Counted from the first letter of the stretch, positions 1-13,879 are shown. The stretch: 64,000 nucleotides of DNA from Sphagnum compactum (GCA_965153455.1 OZ234494.1:3968001-4032000); one strand, 5' to 3'. Program-made: numbers and translations. The notes: generated by a model not told the origin, from the letters alone.

Positions 1-342
1 TCCCATGGTCATCTATCTTCCCTGAGTGTCTACCACCGCTGGTGACCAATGAGTTGTGAACCAAGAGCAGAAGCTGGTGGGTACGGAGATGAGATGCTGG
101 AATTTCTATCAACGCAACCTCTGCTGTTGCTGAGAGTAGTACCGTCCGCCATCGCTAAGTAGCAATAACAACAACCCTGTGCCAAGCACAAACGCCAGCA
201 AGGACAATTCTAGGTTCTTAGTTTTGACTTCTAAGGTTTTTTTTTTTTTCTTTGGAGGGTGAGGGAGGGATGTAAAAGTAGATGGTGAGAAAAGTAAATT
301 CTTTCTTTTTGGTCTCTTTCTCTCTTCTCTTTTCTTCTGTTC

Positions 343-540
343 TCTAAACCCTAAACCTCTTCTGTTTTGTTTTGTTCTCTTTCTCTTTTCTTCCTTAAAC
401 CCTAAACCTCATCTCTTCTCTTCTCCAAAGCTCTTCTCTTCTCTTCTTCCTCCCTTCTTTAAACCTTAGACCTCTTATCTTCTTTAAACCTTAAACCTGC
501 TCTCATCTCTTCTCTTTCACTTCTTTAAACCGTAAAACAT
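343..540. repeat. CT-rich region with interspersed telomere-like TAAACCC/TAAACCT motifs
   Basis: ctaaaccctaaacct at 343, ttaaaccctaaacct at ~395, and further taaacctt copies to ~530, separated by pyrimidine tracts. Confidence 0.6.
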
Positions 541-766
541 TACTTGGATTTTTCCCTTTGTATTTTCAGCTCACTTACCTGCTTGAAGAAACCTGTTTTC
601 AACAATGCACCAGCCAGGCTGTATTTGGATCTTTTGACCACAAGCCCTTCTCCTATACCAAATTTCTAAATTTTTTAATGGCTAAAACCCATGTGTTTGT
701 TGACTTCTCAAGTCCTTTTTAAAAAATAGACATTGGTTTAGGGTTTAAGATTTGAAGAACTCCGCA

Positions 767-2500
767 ATGGCACTCGATGCCGTACCGTTGTTGTGTCCTT
801 TCATTATAGTGTTGGACATTTTCACGCTGAAGGACACTGCCAAGACGCACTGTAACAACGCTAGGCTCAACATTCCAAACAATGCACCCCTGGCGGTCTA
901 CCAGGCAACCCTGGCCGAGCACTAGCTAGTCATGGGCCTCAAGACCAACAACTCACCTGTTGACGCACGACTGTCCAAGATGGAGGCGGCCATCGAGAAC
1001 ATCACGTCTTTCGCGGTCGTTGGCAACCTTGCGGTTAACTAGCTGATGGAACGTGAAGCGGCTGTGGTTATCACAGCCAAAGCTGCTTCTGCGGAGGAGC
1101 CTACAGTGATCGCCAAGAACGTGCGCAAGGTGGTCAGCCAAGCTGTGGAAACCCTGGCGATGCACCCAAACAGGACGAGTGTAAGCTCAACCTGCGCCTC
1201 ACGGGCTTCGAGGCCAAGGAGGGCGAGACTAAAAAGGAGCTAGTGTAGTGATTCAACACAGAATTGTTGCAAGGGCAAATGAGGCTGTGCGCCAAGGTCA
1301 TCGCTGCCACGCGACAGTGGCCTGCGACCGCGTGAGCCTACACCTCGGTGGTGGATGCACACCCTAGTGCTGTGCTGTTTAAATTTGCAACGAACGAAGA
1401 CCGCCAGGCCGCGCAGGCCTAGCGGGGACTAAGCTAGGCCTAGACGAGGACCTCATGCTTGCGTAGCAGGCGTTCAAGTCAGAGCTATGGCCGCTATTCA
1501 AAGAGGCCAAGGCTATCGCAACCCTAGCCTTGGGCTCGCGACCAAGGTAAGGGATTACAAGGTTGCGAGCTAAGAGGGAAACCCGGGAGTCACCTCACAT
1601 GCTCTTGGGAGTGGAAAAGAGTGTGAGGGAATAGACCCTCACACTCCCAAGGGAACTCCCACATTGGGAGTTGGAGTCCAGGTGGACTCTTGAATGTTTA
1701 GAGAGTGATTGCAGGAGTCTAAACCTAATGGATTAAAAAGCTCTTTATATCATTGGAAAGCTATTGAAACGTAGATGTCTAAAATGGGCTTGTATAACCC
1801 ATTTGGACATCTGAAACACAAGTTATGGCCAAAAGAAGGGTCGGGAGGCAAATTGGCAATTTGACTCCTGACCACTAAAAGTCAGGAATCGACCCGATCT
1901 CCTTGTGTGCAGGTGGTGTGCGACATACCGTTGGAAAGCTCTCGACGAGGGCTACAACTTTGTTTCAGCCTCCATCTCAATCCGAGGTTTGCACACAAAG
2001 TTATGGGCCCCCAAAGTCGCGAGAGTCCCAACTTTAGTAATTTTAGGACTCCCACTTGGGAGTCCCGGGACAATATGCCATTTGGATGTGGGCCTCGTGG
2101 AAAGGCACAAAATATACTATAAGGGGGAAGGTGGTGGCTTCCCCCAAGTCCGGGCCGTGGTGAGTCTAGTGAATCCGAGTTGCCTGTGGCTCGTTCTAGC
2201 ACCAAAAGTGCTTCAACTATGCACTAACCACTTGGTGTTGGTTTTGTGCAGGTCCGTGTGAATAGTTGATGCTTGTCATTCTTCCTAGTCCCATCCTGGA
2301 GCTCCAACACACCCCTCTACCCCTCCAAAGTGCTACGAGCTAGGGAGCGTGCCTCGACTCCTTACTCTTCCGTTGTTTACTATTTGGACTCGCCTCAAGG
2401 AGTTGGGAGCGCGTCGAAAGCGGCAGGCAAGCGCGCCTTTTGGCGCGCAACCGAGCTCTTCATCAACGGCACTCAAATTTGCCTGCCCTCATCTATCTAG
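767..2500 (+). pseudogene. LINE ORF1 relic (interrupted by solo LTR 1514-2416)
   Basis: ATG at 767 reads MALDAVPLLCPF... in frame with ORF 1046-1243, with internal stops and frameshifts. Removing the insertion rejoins ...WPLFKEAK|AAGKRAFWRATELFINGTQICLPSSI* (stop 2500). Confidence 0.7.
1514..2416 (+). mobile_element. Solo LTR (~903 bp) inserted into LINE ORF1
   Basis: Termini TATCGCAACCC...GAGCGCGTCG (decayed TG...CA with short inverted ends), flanked by a 5-bp TSD with one mismatch, AAGGC (1509-1513) / AAAGC (2417-2421). The host reading frame continues across the junction. Confidence 0.75.
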
Positions 2501-2519
2501 GGGCACGGGGACCAGAGAG

Positions 2520-5500
2520 ACCTATGCATGGTATTATGGAACATGCACAGGGGTGGTGTAAATAAATTGGATACTAGAGCTGTTTCAGGATGATGACCTT
2601 GTTTTATTAACTGAAACCTAGCACTTCCTAGGCCAACATTTATCACATGTTGAAGGGTTTGACTCACTTGCGGTAGCGCGCACTATGCAGCTAGGAAGAA
2701 CAAAAGCGATAAAACATAGCGAGGGGGTTGTTGTTTACTTTCGCAACCACTTCAGCCCAAACCTGTCACAGTGGAAGGAAGCCACAATTCTTCTCTATGG
2801 CTACGAGTCAGCAGGGGTGCTGCCCCTAACTTGTTTGTCTACATGGTGTATGCTACCCTTGTTGGCTCCAAACACGAGAGCAAATCCTTGTTCCAAAACT
2901 TGGTAGTAGATATTGCTAAAGTTCAAACTCTAGGGGGCATAGTACTATTGGGAGGGGATTTTAATGTGCGTACCATAGCATTACCAAATACCATTGACAC
3001 TAGTGACCTTTGTGAACAGTTATAGGCGCTTGCGTTCGCTGAGATTGAGCAACCAAACATTGTGGCTAAGCAACAAAACCACGATGCCAGTGTTGGCGGT
3101 TGGGGCCGCGAGCTCTTAGACCTATGTTGTGACGTTGGGTTGCTCATCCTCAATGGCTGGACACCTAGTGACGAATCAAGGGAGTTCACTTGCTTAGCAA
3201 ATGGGGGGCGTAACACTATCGATTATATTGTTGGCTCACCTGCAATTTGGCAAGTTGCTACACACCTCAAGGTGATAACAAATGACACCTGCTACTACAC
3301 AATGGGGGGAAAGTCTGACCACGGGCCGTTACGCCTACAGTTGAACATCGATTGTAGCTTTGTTGAGCCACAACATACAGTTGTAACAAAAAAATTCTTA
3401 TCTAGGTTCAAATATGATAAATCAAAAGCTGAAGAGTATCCATTTGCCCTAACAGCGAGGCTTGGAAACCTGTGGGTTGCTAACTCAATTGGCATCTGGG
3501 GGCAAACGAATTGGTTGACCTACTGTAGCAGTGCGTGGGTGCTGCATAGAGTCTACTTTTGGCAACAAGCCTTCGGGAGGAAACTACAGAGAGAGACACT
3601 ACCATAAACCCTGGTTTGACGTTGACTGTCATATAACGAAGCGTGAGCTGAGGCTCTGGCTGAAAGCTAACCCCGATTTGCACGCCACTAAACATCAGGA
3701 AAGTAAACTTAAAAATTTATTAAAAAGGAAAAGAATTTTCTGGGAAATTGCAAGAGCTTAACATATGTGTATAGTTGCCAAGGTGGATGCACTTTCATTC
3801 TGGAAAAAGTACCGGCCAAGGGTACCCGTTGTGGACAAAATTAGTGCAACTATGCTTTTGGAAGGCTTCCGCGGGCTAGTTGGCTAGTTTCCGCCACCCA
3901 TATGGTTGCGAATTGATCACTCGGCTCAGGTGATGGAACCTCCACCTAGCCACACCCTGAATACAGATATCACACTTGCTGAGTTGTTTTAGGCGTTAAA
4001 AAAACTACAAAGGAATAAGGCTGCTGGTCTGGATGGTATGAAAGCTGAGTTCATTTTGGATGCGGGAGAGCTACTACACATGCCATTATTGATAGCGTTC
4101 AACTGCTTTCTAGGGGAAGGCTTTCTAGAAGCCCTTTCCAATGGGGTGGTCCACGCGTTCTTTAAAAGGGGTGATGCTTCCGAATTTGACAACTACAGGG
4201 GGATAACTGTTGGGCCTATCTTAGCAAAGCTGTTCACTATGATCCTTGACAAAAGGCTGAGTGAGTGGGCTGAACAACATGGGCTACGTGCCAAGGGTCA
4301 AACTAGGTTTTGCAAAGATTACCGCACTACTGACCAACTTTTCATACTGCAAATTCTAATAGAACAAAGCAAGGCAGAAAAAAAACCACTTTATTGTTGT
4401 TTTGTGGACTTCAAAAAGGCGTTCAATACTATGCCGCGTGAAGTGCTGTGGGAGGTGTTGGCTGGCCTTGGGGTGGAGGGACGATTCTTGCGATGCCTAT
4501 AGGTGATGTATGCCAAGGATACCGTACGCATCAACCACCCAAGCGAGGGTGTCACCTCCAGCTTCAGGTGCCAGCAAGGTGTGAAACAAGGTTGCCCTCT
4601 CAGCCCCCTACTATTTGGATGCCCTGGAGGGGCGCTTGGACGGCAGAAAATGCGATGCACCGGCCATATCAGACGTGCATGTATGGTTGTTGTTTTTTGC
4701 AGATGACCTTGTTCTGACGTTGGAGTCAAAGGTGGGACTGTAGCAATAGTTAGACGCACTCCAGCAGTTCTGTGCTAAACGTGGACTTACAGTGAATGTG
4801 AAAAAAAAGAAGTCATGGTGTTCAACTCTGCTGACCCATGCTAAGAGTTTGTGTTTGAAGGTGACATTATTGAGCGTGTGCAGACCTTCAAATACTGGGG
4901 GATCCTGCTCGAGACCACCCCGAACCTAGACAGTGCAATGGAACATTTAGCAACCGCTAGTAGGTGCTCACTGTTCGCACTGAACCACCGCTATGCAGAG
5001 CTACATATTATGGACGTCTAGTTACGCTATGACCTCTTCAACATGTTGGTGCGTTCCACAACAAGCTATGCCTGTGAGGTTTGGGTGGAGTCCAAGAAGA
5101 TAGAGGCTATTGAAATAGTGTACCGAAGGTTCCTCAAGTCCTTGTTCGGGGTGCGAAAAACAACCAGCACGTCCATCGTGCTAGCAAAATTTGGCAAATT
5201 CCCCTTTGAACACTTTGCATGGGGACAAGCACTATTATACTATAACCGTGTGAGCATGGTCACTAAAGAGTGCATCTTGGGAAAGGCATGGGAAGCCCAG
5301 CTCGCTATGCTTGTTGCAGGAAAAAAATGTTGGGCTAGATCTGTGAAAAAATGGCTACTCAAGAATCAGCCCCAAGAGGTGGCAGGTTTTCTACCTCCGG
5401 TTCAACCGTCGCTGGAAATGGTGCCTAAGCTTGCAACGACCTGTGCGCTCCAAGCGAGGACTACTCAACTGCCGCTGGGAACGACTCTTAGGACTACGCA

Positions 5501-6169
5501 CATACATCCGACCCGTCTAGCAGGGGTGAGAGGCTGGGCGAAGAGCCAAATACTTTGGTGCAATGCACACAACATACGGGTGGGAGTTCAGATGGCTAAG
5601 CTGGCCGCACTACAATTAATGTAGCCGGTTGGTGCTAGATCTACGACAGGAGGCCCGATCAACCAAGAGGCTAGGGCCCCACCCCCTCCAAGTTTTCCCC
5701 ACACAATATTGAGTGTAAAAAGGGTGAAGGATAATATGCGGCTGGCTTTCATTGAAAAGCTCTTTACCAATCGCGAGATTGGGACCATTGTGCAGACAAG
5801 ATATTTGCATTTTAAGGGTATGTCGTACGAGAGCGAAAGCTACTTGTGTGACATCAGTTGTGTTCAGCTGCGAAAAGCTCTAACCTGGTTTCGGTGTGGC
5901 AACACGCAGCTTGAGGTAGTGCTAGGTGCGTGGAAGGGCGTGCCATATGTAGAGAGGCTTTGTCGAGGCTGCGATTTGGGGAAGGTTGAGGATGAAGAGT
6001 ACTTGCTTCTTGTTTGTCCAAATACACAAAAAGTTAGGGAATGCTTTTGTTCGGCCCTGCCCCTCACACACACTAGCACTCTTGCTGAATTCATGCAACT
6101 ACGAACACGGTCGCCCTAGCCAAGTTTGTGGCATGCTGCCAGTACCAGAGGACAATCTGTCCTCCATGA
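2520..6169 (+). pseudogene. LINE ORF2 (APE endonuclease + reverse transcriptase + C-terminal zinc knuckle), multiple stops/frameshifts
   Basis: ORF fragments 2771-3025, 3062-3607, 3531-3761, 4038-4502, 4503-4706, 5043-5624 and 5709-6119 carry collinear APE and RT motifs. The last frame ends ...YQRTICPP* at 6169. Confidence 0.88.
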
Positions 6170-9100
6170 TCTACCTTTCGTCTAATGGACTCTTTGGTCC
6201 CAAACGGACGTAAAATTGTAAATAGTAAACAGTATTTTTAAGTACTTTACATAACATACCTACCTCTTAGAGTTTGGGACACCTTAAGGATCTGTAATGT
6301 ACCTCTAGGTTGGCAATTTCAGGTCAGGTCAGTTTTTTTTTTTACTTTGGGGATCAAAAGGTGGCATAGGAATTTTGTTGCCCCCCCCTAACTTTGGGGA
6401 CAGGGACTATTGCATTCGATCCAACTTTTGGAAGTTTTACCTTATTAGAACCGGTTTCACATCAAGGGAACCGGTGTTTTTGGTGAAAGTGTTTAAACTG
6501 TTTAGATTGAAACGGATTTTTTTGGTGTTCAGAGTATGGACACAGGAGGTAGATGTACAACATCTTATCTATTAGCAGGGCCAGCGTGTTTGTGATGCCT
6601 TGTTGGTCTTGAGCAATCAAAATCACTGCAGATTAATGTGACCCAGCACCCACTAGGGTGCACCATCCACTGGATGGGTGGGTAAAATAAAAGGGGATGG
6701 AGGTAACCACCATGGTTAGCTAGGGAATTGGACCCAACAAAAAAGTGTTTCCTGACAACTTATTATCCATCCTCTATGGTGCAATGGTGGATCCAGGTTC
6801 ACTCTGGCCCTAAATAGCAGGGTTCCCTAGGGTCGCTGATTTGGCCTGGGGACTCATGGCTGAATCAGAACCCTCTAATATAACTTAGTTAATTTCACCA
6901 CAATTCCATGATCACAAAGAAATGGTAGAATCATCTAGTGTATGTGGAGGGCACCTTCCCAGAGGAAAATTTTCTGCCTTTATAAAGGAGAGGACTTTAA
7001 TGTGTAAATTGCCTCAAATGGATCACAATTGTCCATTTATAGAAGCAAACTCTATGGGTCCTTTATGCTTAGCAAGGACCTCAAACCAAGATGTTTTGGG
7101 AATTCAGGTCCTGTGCTTGGGTCCCACCAAACTTGGGCCCCTAATTGCTAGAACAATGCCATTGTTGCTCCTTACCCTTCATAAGGTAACCTATCTTCTA
7201 AACTCTTTTACTTCCACCTCACACTAACTTACATGTGTAAAGGGCTGGCCATACCTGATGTTAGGGTCATATTGTTAAGGAGTGCCCTAATACCTTATCA
7301 TGGTGATGTGGTGCCTTGGCTGGCACTAACATCATGAAAAACTAACACGAGCACTTTGCCTTTTTTGATCTGTTCACACCAAGCCACGGGTTGCAGTTAT
7401 CCTTTTGTCAAGGTTGCTATGTGAAGCACAGTGTCTGAACTTGCATTGAGAGAGGGTAAAAATTATAGTCATTAACATTGTTTTGCAACATTTTAACTTT
7501 ATTTTGAAATGCATTTTCATAAATGAAATTATTCTTGTGAATTTTGAGGAGAATTTATTAGCTTGGACTTAGAGTTGAAAATTAAAAATATATGTCAAAA
7601 GTGGGGTTGCAAGTGGTATTTTTGAATGAAAATTTGGGTGGTAAATCATATTGATATAATTTTTTCAAATTTACCTAATGTATGTCATTCATCAAACATG
7701 TGCTTTTTTCTATCCTTCAACCATAAAAGCATATGATTTTATTTTATTTAAAAACCCACCTTGAAGTGAAAGAATAATACATGCATTGTGGTTTTTTTCC
7801 ATTTAATTTTTGTTTATGAATGTGACATGTAACCAAAAATATGGGTAGATGGCACAAAATGGTTCCAAATTACATTTGACATACATGTATATTTGTATAT
7901 ACAACCATTTTAGATCTTGACTATTGGATCAAAATTAAAGTGGTTGTAGATTGAAGTGGTTGTAAATCACTTTACATCTTTACCATTTGTTTACATTTTG
8001 ACCATTGCATTGGGATGGAACAATTTAAAATGTTTGCATAAAACTATATGTTGCAAAAAAAACCTAAAGATACTACAATTATTTTTAACATTTCAGAACA
8101 TTTGTTTAGAGTGGGTAACTCTAATGTTTTTTTACCTTATGAAACATTTTTTCTCCCCTCCTTTCTTTGTTCTATCTAATATTTTCCATGCTTAGTTCTC
8201 TACATTTTACTTTACTTTCATTACAATGAAAATGACATTCTAGGATTGGTTCTTTTCTACTAGACTAATTGTTTATTCCATTTGTTGTCAAATTGGACCT
8301 ATTGTTTATGCCATTTTTAGTTATTGATGCCATTTGTAATTGTATAAGACTAGTCATAAAATGTCATTTTTGGCGTAGTGTTTTGTTTTGTTGTAACCTA
8401 CACAAAGGTTAGAACTTCTTACCTAGTGCTATTTGTTCAATGTGGAGAATTGGAGTTTTTTGGAAGTTGTTTTGTTCTTGTGTGCACAAAGCTTGGGGCA
8501 ATATGCAAGGTTTATTTGCATAATTTGCTAGTGTTATTCATTTCATTGTGGAGAACTAAAGTTCCTTAGAAGTTGGCGTTGCTTCATTCTTGTGTGCATA
8601 AAGCTTAGGGTAATTTGGAAGGTTTGTTTGAACAATTTGTAAGGTTTGTTTCCAACTTCTTTGTTTTGCAATTTTTTTGCACAATTTGTTGGTGTTGGTT
8701 AATTCTTTGAACATTTTATGTGTGTAACTTCGAACATTTTTGTTTGAATTTGTGTACACTCCTTTGGGTGCAACCAAAACATGGACTGCCATGAGTGGTC
8801 ATTATTATTGGGTAGTTTTGTGTTGTTGATCAAAGCCTTGCAAAAGACATTGGTGTCCAATGACTTGAACTATTATTTTATTATTTTTGCATTCAACACA
8901 TTGTAGTTGAATCTTCAAACATTATTGACATTTTCCACATTACATCGTTACATGGTGTCCTATTTTTTCTTAGCAATTGGTGAAAAGATTAGGCATTAGG
9001 TGAAACTTCATTTGATTATGTGGTTTAAGGGTGAAAACACACTATAATGACCCCTTTGGGGTGTTACATTGTACTATTTTCTAAGGATGTGCATCCTTGA

Positions 9101-12100
9101 GTGAATCATAAGCAAGTTTTTGTAAATGATTCATATGGGGTAGTTGTAAGCTACAAATGGCTCATTTCTTGTCCCTTTTTGGACTTTCTACAAAGTGTAC
9201 TTTATTCAAATGTCACAAATGTATTGCAAAATCATCAATTTAACAAAAATATTATAGATTAAGATTTTCAACTTGAATAAGAATATTTATTGAGAGGTGA
9301 AATTCAATAAACATACACCAATCATATAGCAATGGACTTTTAAAGTGAGCATATGGACTATGTTCTAGGTTTTGCATTAACATTCAAATGCATTTTTTTT
9401 AATGATTTTATCTCAATATTTTTTTATAGAGAATCAATATATGATACATGATGGGAAAAAAATGGATTGAAAAAAATTACAAAAAAAAATAAACCAAAAA
9501 ATAACTATGGACTTTTGAATGACCAAATTTGGACCTTACTTTCAAAAGTCCTTATCTTGGTTTTTTTTTGTTGGATTGATATTTTTTTCCCCTTAACATG
9601 TATGTCAAAGAATTGTTTAGATGGGAAACCTTTCATATGGACTTTATTAGTTGATTAATCACCACATAACGCCCACTCAAAATTGGTTTTTAACTGTTTT
9701 TTCCATTGTAGTGTTAAAATATGGACTATTGGGATTGGACTCTTATCACTTTTGAGCCATCCTAACTTACATCTACCCATGGATATAATTTTAAATTCTA
9801 AGATTTCATTAGTGTAAAAGGTGCAATCACAATCAAACATGCCAATGATGACAAATGATTCAACCACAAATGGGCCTTTTGTGGACATTTTGACTTTTTC
9901 ATAAATTTTTTTTTTTGAACATTTGCTTTTCAACATGTTTTTTCAACATATAATTCCCCCAATAAATTACATGACTTGTATTAACTTTTCTTGAATAAAT
10001 ATGAATAGTCTAAAAGTATATAGGTTCCACCAAACTCTACGTTTCGTTTTGAAAAATGATCAAAATTTCAAATCATGTTAAAATATGATAACTATTTTAA
10101 GCTTTAGTTTTTTGTATCATAAGCCACAATTTTGTTCATATGTTATACACATTATAACCGATTTACATCTAGTAATTAACTTTTTAAATTTGAACATTCT
10201 AAAATTATATTTTAAATTTCTGAAATTTTTAAGTACAATTTTTAAAAATTGTGAGTGTTTTTCATATGTGGGTGATACATTTTCTCACTTCAATTTTTTT
10301 CCCATCAAGATTTTTTCATTTAAAAAAGTCCTTAGTTTAATGCTCTATAAATTAATGTTTTGGTGTTAAAGTTCAAAAATCCTTTACTAAAACTAGAACT
10401 CAATTTATTAAATTAAGTGATTTTTAATTTTTTTTAACCTTAATATAAATCATATAGCACAAATTTCCTTGATCAACATGACATTAAAGTGGCATTACGT
10501 AAATATGTTTGACAAAATTAATAGTTTTTCGATCCTTTGACATGGTTTTTGGTTCATTTGACTGTGATTGCACCCAAAAAGTCTCCATCATTTATGAAAC
10601 TTTTAAAAACTAAGTCAAAACCTATACTAAAAAATGTCATTGCTAGATGGTATGATGAAATCACTTTGAAAATACTAAAAGAAAAACCCATAAAGTCCAT
10701 AAGGATAAAAGCCCATTTAGATATTTCTATTATATATCCATTGGGCATAAAAATTTTAACAAATGAAAAAACATTTATTTCAAAAGGACTTTTAAAAATA
10801 AGGTCTAATTTGGTTAAGGTTTCACAAAAAAATTCACATTTAACTTCATGATTTCATTCTTCAACCCATGTTTAATCACTATAAACAATTTGGAGTGGAA
10901 TTCAATATGAATTCTTGAATTTCTTAATGACCCTGTCAACTGACTAGTCCTTATTTTTTCATTCAAAAGTCCACAATTGATAATGAATACATTATTTGCA
11001 AAAATTAATTATGCAAATGTCATCATAATCAAATTGTAGTATTAAATGAATCATCATTTAATGTATTTAAAATAAAATTATTCACCATAAGCATTTAAAC
11101 ACAAAACACCCTACATAAATTGCTACTATGACTCCAAAAGTGAATCACCACACCTTGAATTCACCCATTGGAATATATTTGTGGAAACAAATGTAGTGTA
11201 CTTGTGTACTCAAAACAACAAATATACTTCAAAAATAATTTAAATAATTCTTTCTGGAACTTGAAGGTATATTGAGCCATGACAATTCACATACTTTGAA
11301 CCATGTTTGAATACTATATGATTAATTTGAAAAGTTTCATTTCAAAAAGTGAATTTTTTCAACAAAGATGTGATTACAAGCTTGCATAGGGTGCAAACAT
11401 CTTGACTTGTAGTGAATTTTTCGTTATTGAGAGATCAATTGTAACACTTGTGTTTTGAAAAGTGATGATGGTGATCAATCTGGCGATCAAAAAACTCATA
11501 GTATGGCTTGTTGGTGAAAAGGGTAATTGCAAGATAAAGTGACCCACTTTTTATGTAACATGGAAATTTTTTCTACACCCCGTATATGATAATGTGCCCC
11601 AGGTCAAAGTTTTTTGAATTTTATGAAAATGGACTCAAATATATGATTTTGATGTAATTTTTTTAATTCAAAAATTAATGTTTTACATCAAATGGGGGAC
11701 TTTTTAAGGTGCTTGACCTTTTTGTGTAACAATACATAAACAACTTGTAAATAGACTCACCATAATGATGGTTTGTAATGATGAATTCATTTATCAATTG
11801 ATAAATATTATGAGTTAATCAAAATAGGGGAATATAAACCATTTCAAGATGGCACAAAAGCTTGAGGGACTTTTAAAAAAATAAACATTAAAAAAAAAAA
11901 GTGAAATCCATTACAACATGGATTTTGATCACAAACATTGTATATTGGGACATATTAAAGGGCAACCATTAGTTTTTTTTAAAAAGATGATTTTTAAAAC
12001 CTTAAACATGGACATTTAACAATGTCACATTGATGCCATGATCAAAATCATCACAAACTTACAATATTATGAAATTTCAATAGAATATGTATGAAGTTCA

Positions 12101-12550
12101 TAAACAATATGTCCATGCAAAATCTGTGGGTTGGAAAGTGTAGAAATGACACATATATATATTACTTATGTATAAATGATGTGTCTTTTTTATTTGTGAT
12201 GTCTTGATGTGAAGTACATATGATTTACATTTTTTACTAAATCCATGCAATTATCATGATGTAATTTTTGGTAAAACTATATAATTTTAATTTATTAAAC
12301 ATGAACATTCACGGATGTCATTCAAAAACAATGTTTAATCTGTTTCAATCTTTAAGATATTGAATACGTACAAATATTATTCATATTAACCATACCATGA
12401 ATTCATGTGATTTTTGTACGAACCTATGAAGTTTGGTAAGTTTGTGATGATACATTATAAAAAGTATTATTAGAGACACCTTTTGTATTAAAATTTATCC
12501 CTCTAGTTTGCAATCACCTAAAAAATGCATGTTGTGATGACAAATAAAAC

Positions 12551-13090
12551 TTGGTGCATGATATGTTGAATATGATGGGTGTTATTGATGACATTCACAT
12601 TGCCATAGCAAAAAAATCATCTTGTGCTTTTGTTGAGGATTACTTTCACCACAAAACAAGAGGCTACAACATTGTTGCACAAGTGGTGGTTGACAACCAA
12701 ATTTTTTTTATTGATGTATATGTGGGATTGCTTGGGAGTGTGAATGACTCCCATGTGTTGCGGAAGTCTGGGTTGTACTATTGTGCATTACATGGGGGAC
12801 TTTTTGATATGGTTGCAAGTTCACAAGATAGATTGTCATTTTATTTACTTGGAGATAAGGGCTAACCCAGTATTTTTTTGGTTCATGATATCACAAAAAG
12901 AATATGGAGAACATCATTTAGTCTAAATTTTTTGTACAATCAAAAACACAAGGGGAGATTAGTGGTCAAAAATGCATTTGGCATCATGAAACAAATATTC
13001 AAAGAACTTCTATAAAAGATGGAGTTACACATTACCATTGTACATGATGTGTTTACTACTTGATGTTTGTTCCACAATTTGATATTAAGC
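12551..13090 (+). pseudogene. PIF/Harbinger (HARBI1-like, DDE_Tnp_4) transposase relic
   Basis: GVIDDIHIAI ... YNIVAQVVVDNQ..FIDVYVGLLGSVNDSHVLRKS ... YLLGDKG, then VVKNAFGIMK and CLFHNL in later frames. These are typical Harbinger DDE motifs, broken by stops. Confidence 0.85.
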
Positions 13091-13879
13091 AGGAAAAAAA
13101 TAGATTTTGCTTGGAGTTAATGCAAGTGATTTAGTTTGAAAAAATGTGAAATGAAACATTGAACATGATTGGATTACATTAATTTGAGGAGAATGTTTAC
13201 ATCCAAGGCAAAAATTTCTTAGGGCCACATAATCATTACAACTTGGAGGTCTACCTTATTACTTAGAACCATTGAAAGCTACCAAAAACAAAAAACTATA
13301 GAATTTTGAAACAAGTATTCAATCTTATATACTACTATCATCCTTTCAATTGAAATTCATGTCAAACTTCATGCAACCTTCCTTTCTATGAATGTGGAAA
13401 AATTTAAATTAGGAAAAAAATTTCAACGCCATAATCTATAAATATGTACCAGTGTTGGGTGGGTATCGCATTTAATAATATTCACAAGATTCGATTTTCA
13501 CAAAATAGCTTACGAAAGGTTTTGGATTTCACTTTTTAGTTGAAAAAAGAAGTTAATACACTAGGTCAAGGTATCAATATTTTTATATAAAACAATTTAA
13601 CCCATTCTCACAATGCCAGTTCTCACAAATTTGAAAACAATTGGTTATCATTTGGTGGTTCTCACGAATCAATTATTACTTATGTTTTCAAATAAAAATA
13701 CTATAACCAAAATATAAATAATTTATTGATTTTATTCTTATTCTTAAAAATAAAAAATCATAAGTAATGTTGCAAACAACTTTCTAAAATATAACCAACA
13801 ATATATTTATTCAATTTTCATACTTCAATAATTTCATCCTTTCAAAGTCACCTTCAAATTCCTTTAACTTTTTTTTTGA

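Larger units (their letters stand above)
740..6235 (+). mobile_element. Degenerate near-full-length LINE (non-LTR retrotransposon), RTE-X/RTE-like, two ORFs
   Basis: ORF1 relic, then APE endonuclease motifs (WNxxxG, LTET, GGDFN, TIDY, SDH), RT motifs (NYRGITV, FVDFKKAF, QGVKQGCPLSP, FADD, FKYWG) and a C-terminal RLCxxC..VEDEExLLxVCP knuckle. Ends in a short tandem tail (gtaaaatt-gtaaata-gtaaaca-gta, ~6210-6234). GC content is higher than the flanks. The 5' boundary is approximate and no TSD was identified. Confidence 0.88.

Noticed and set aside
1882..2561. Several overlapping 70-118 aa ORFs
   Set aside because: They lie in or across the solo LTR and have no recognisable domains
6636..7450. 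GC-elevated block that might be an LTR fragment (TGGTGCCTTGGC PBS-like at ~7308)
   Set aside because: No TSD, second LTR or coding motif could be established
7900..12400. Short AT-rich ORFs from the ORF track
   Set aside because: Compositionally biased chance ORFs in TE-derived DNA, with no motifs or splice structure
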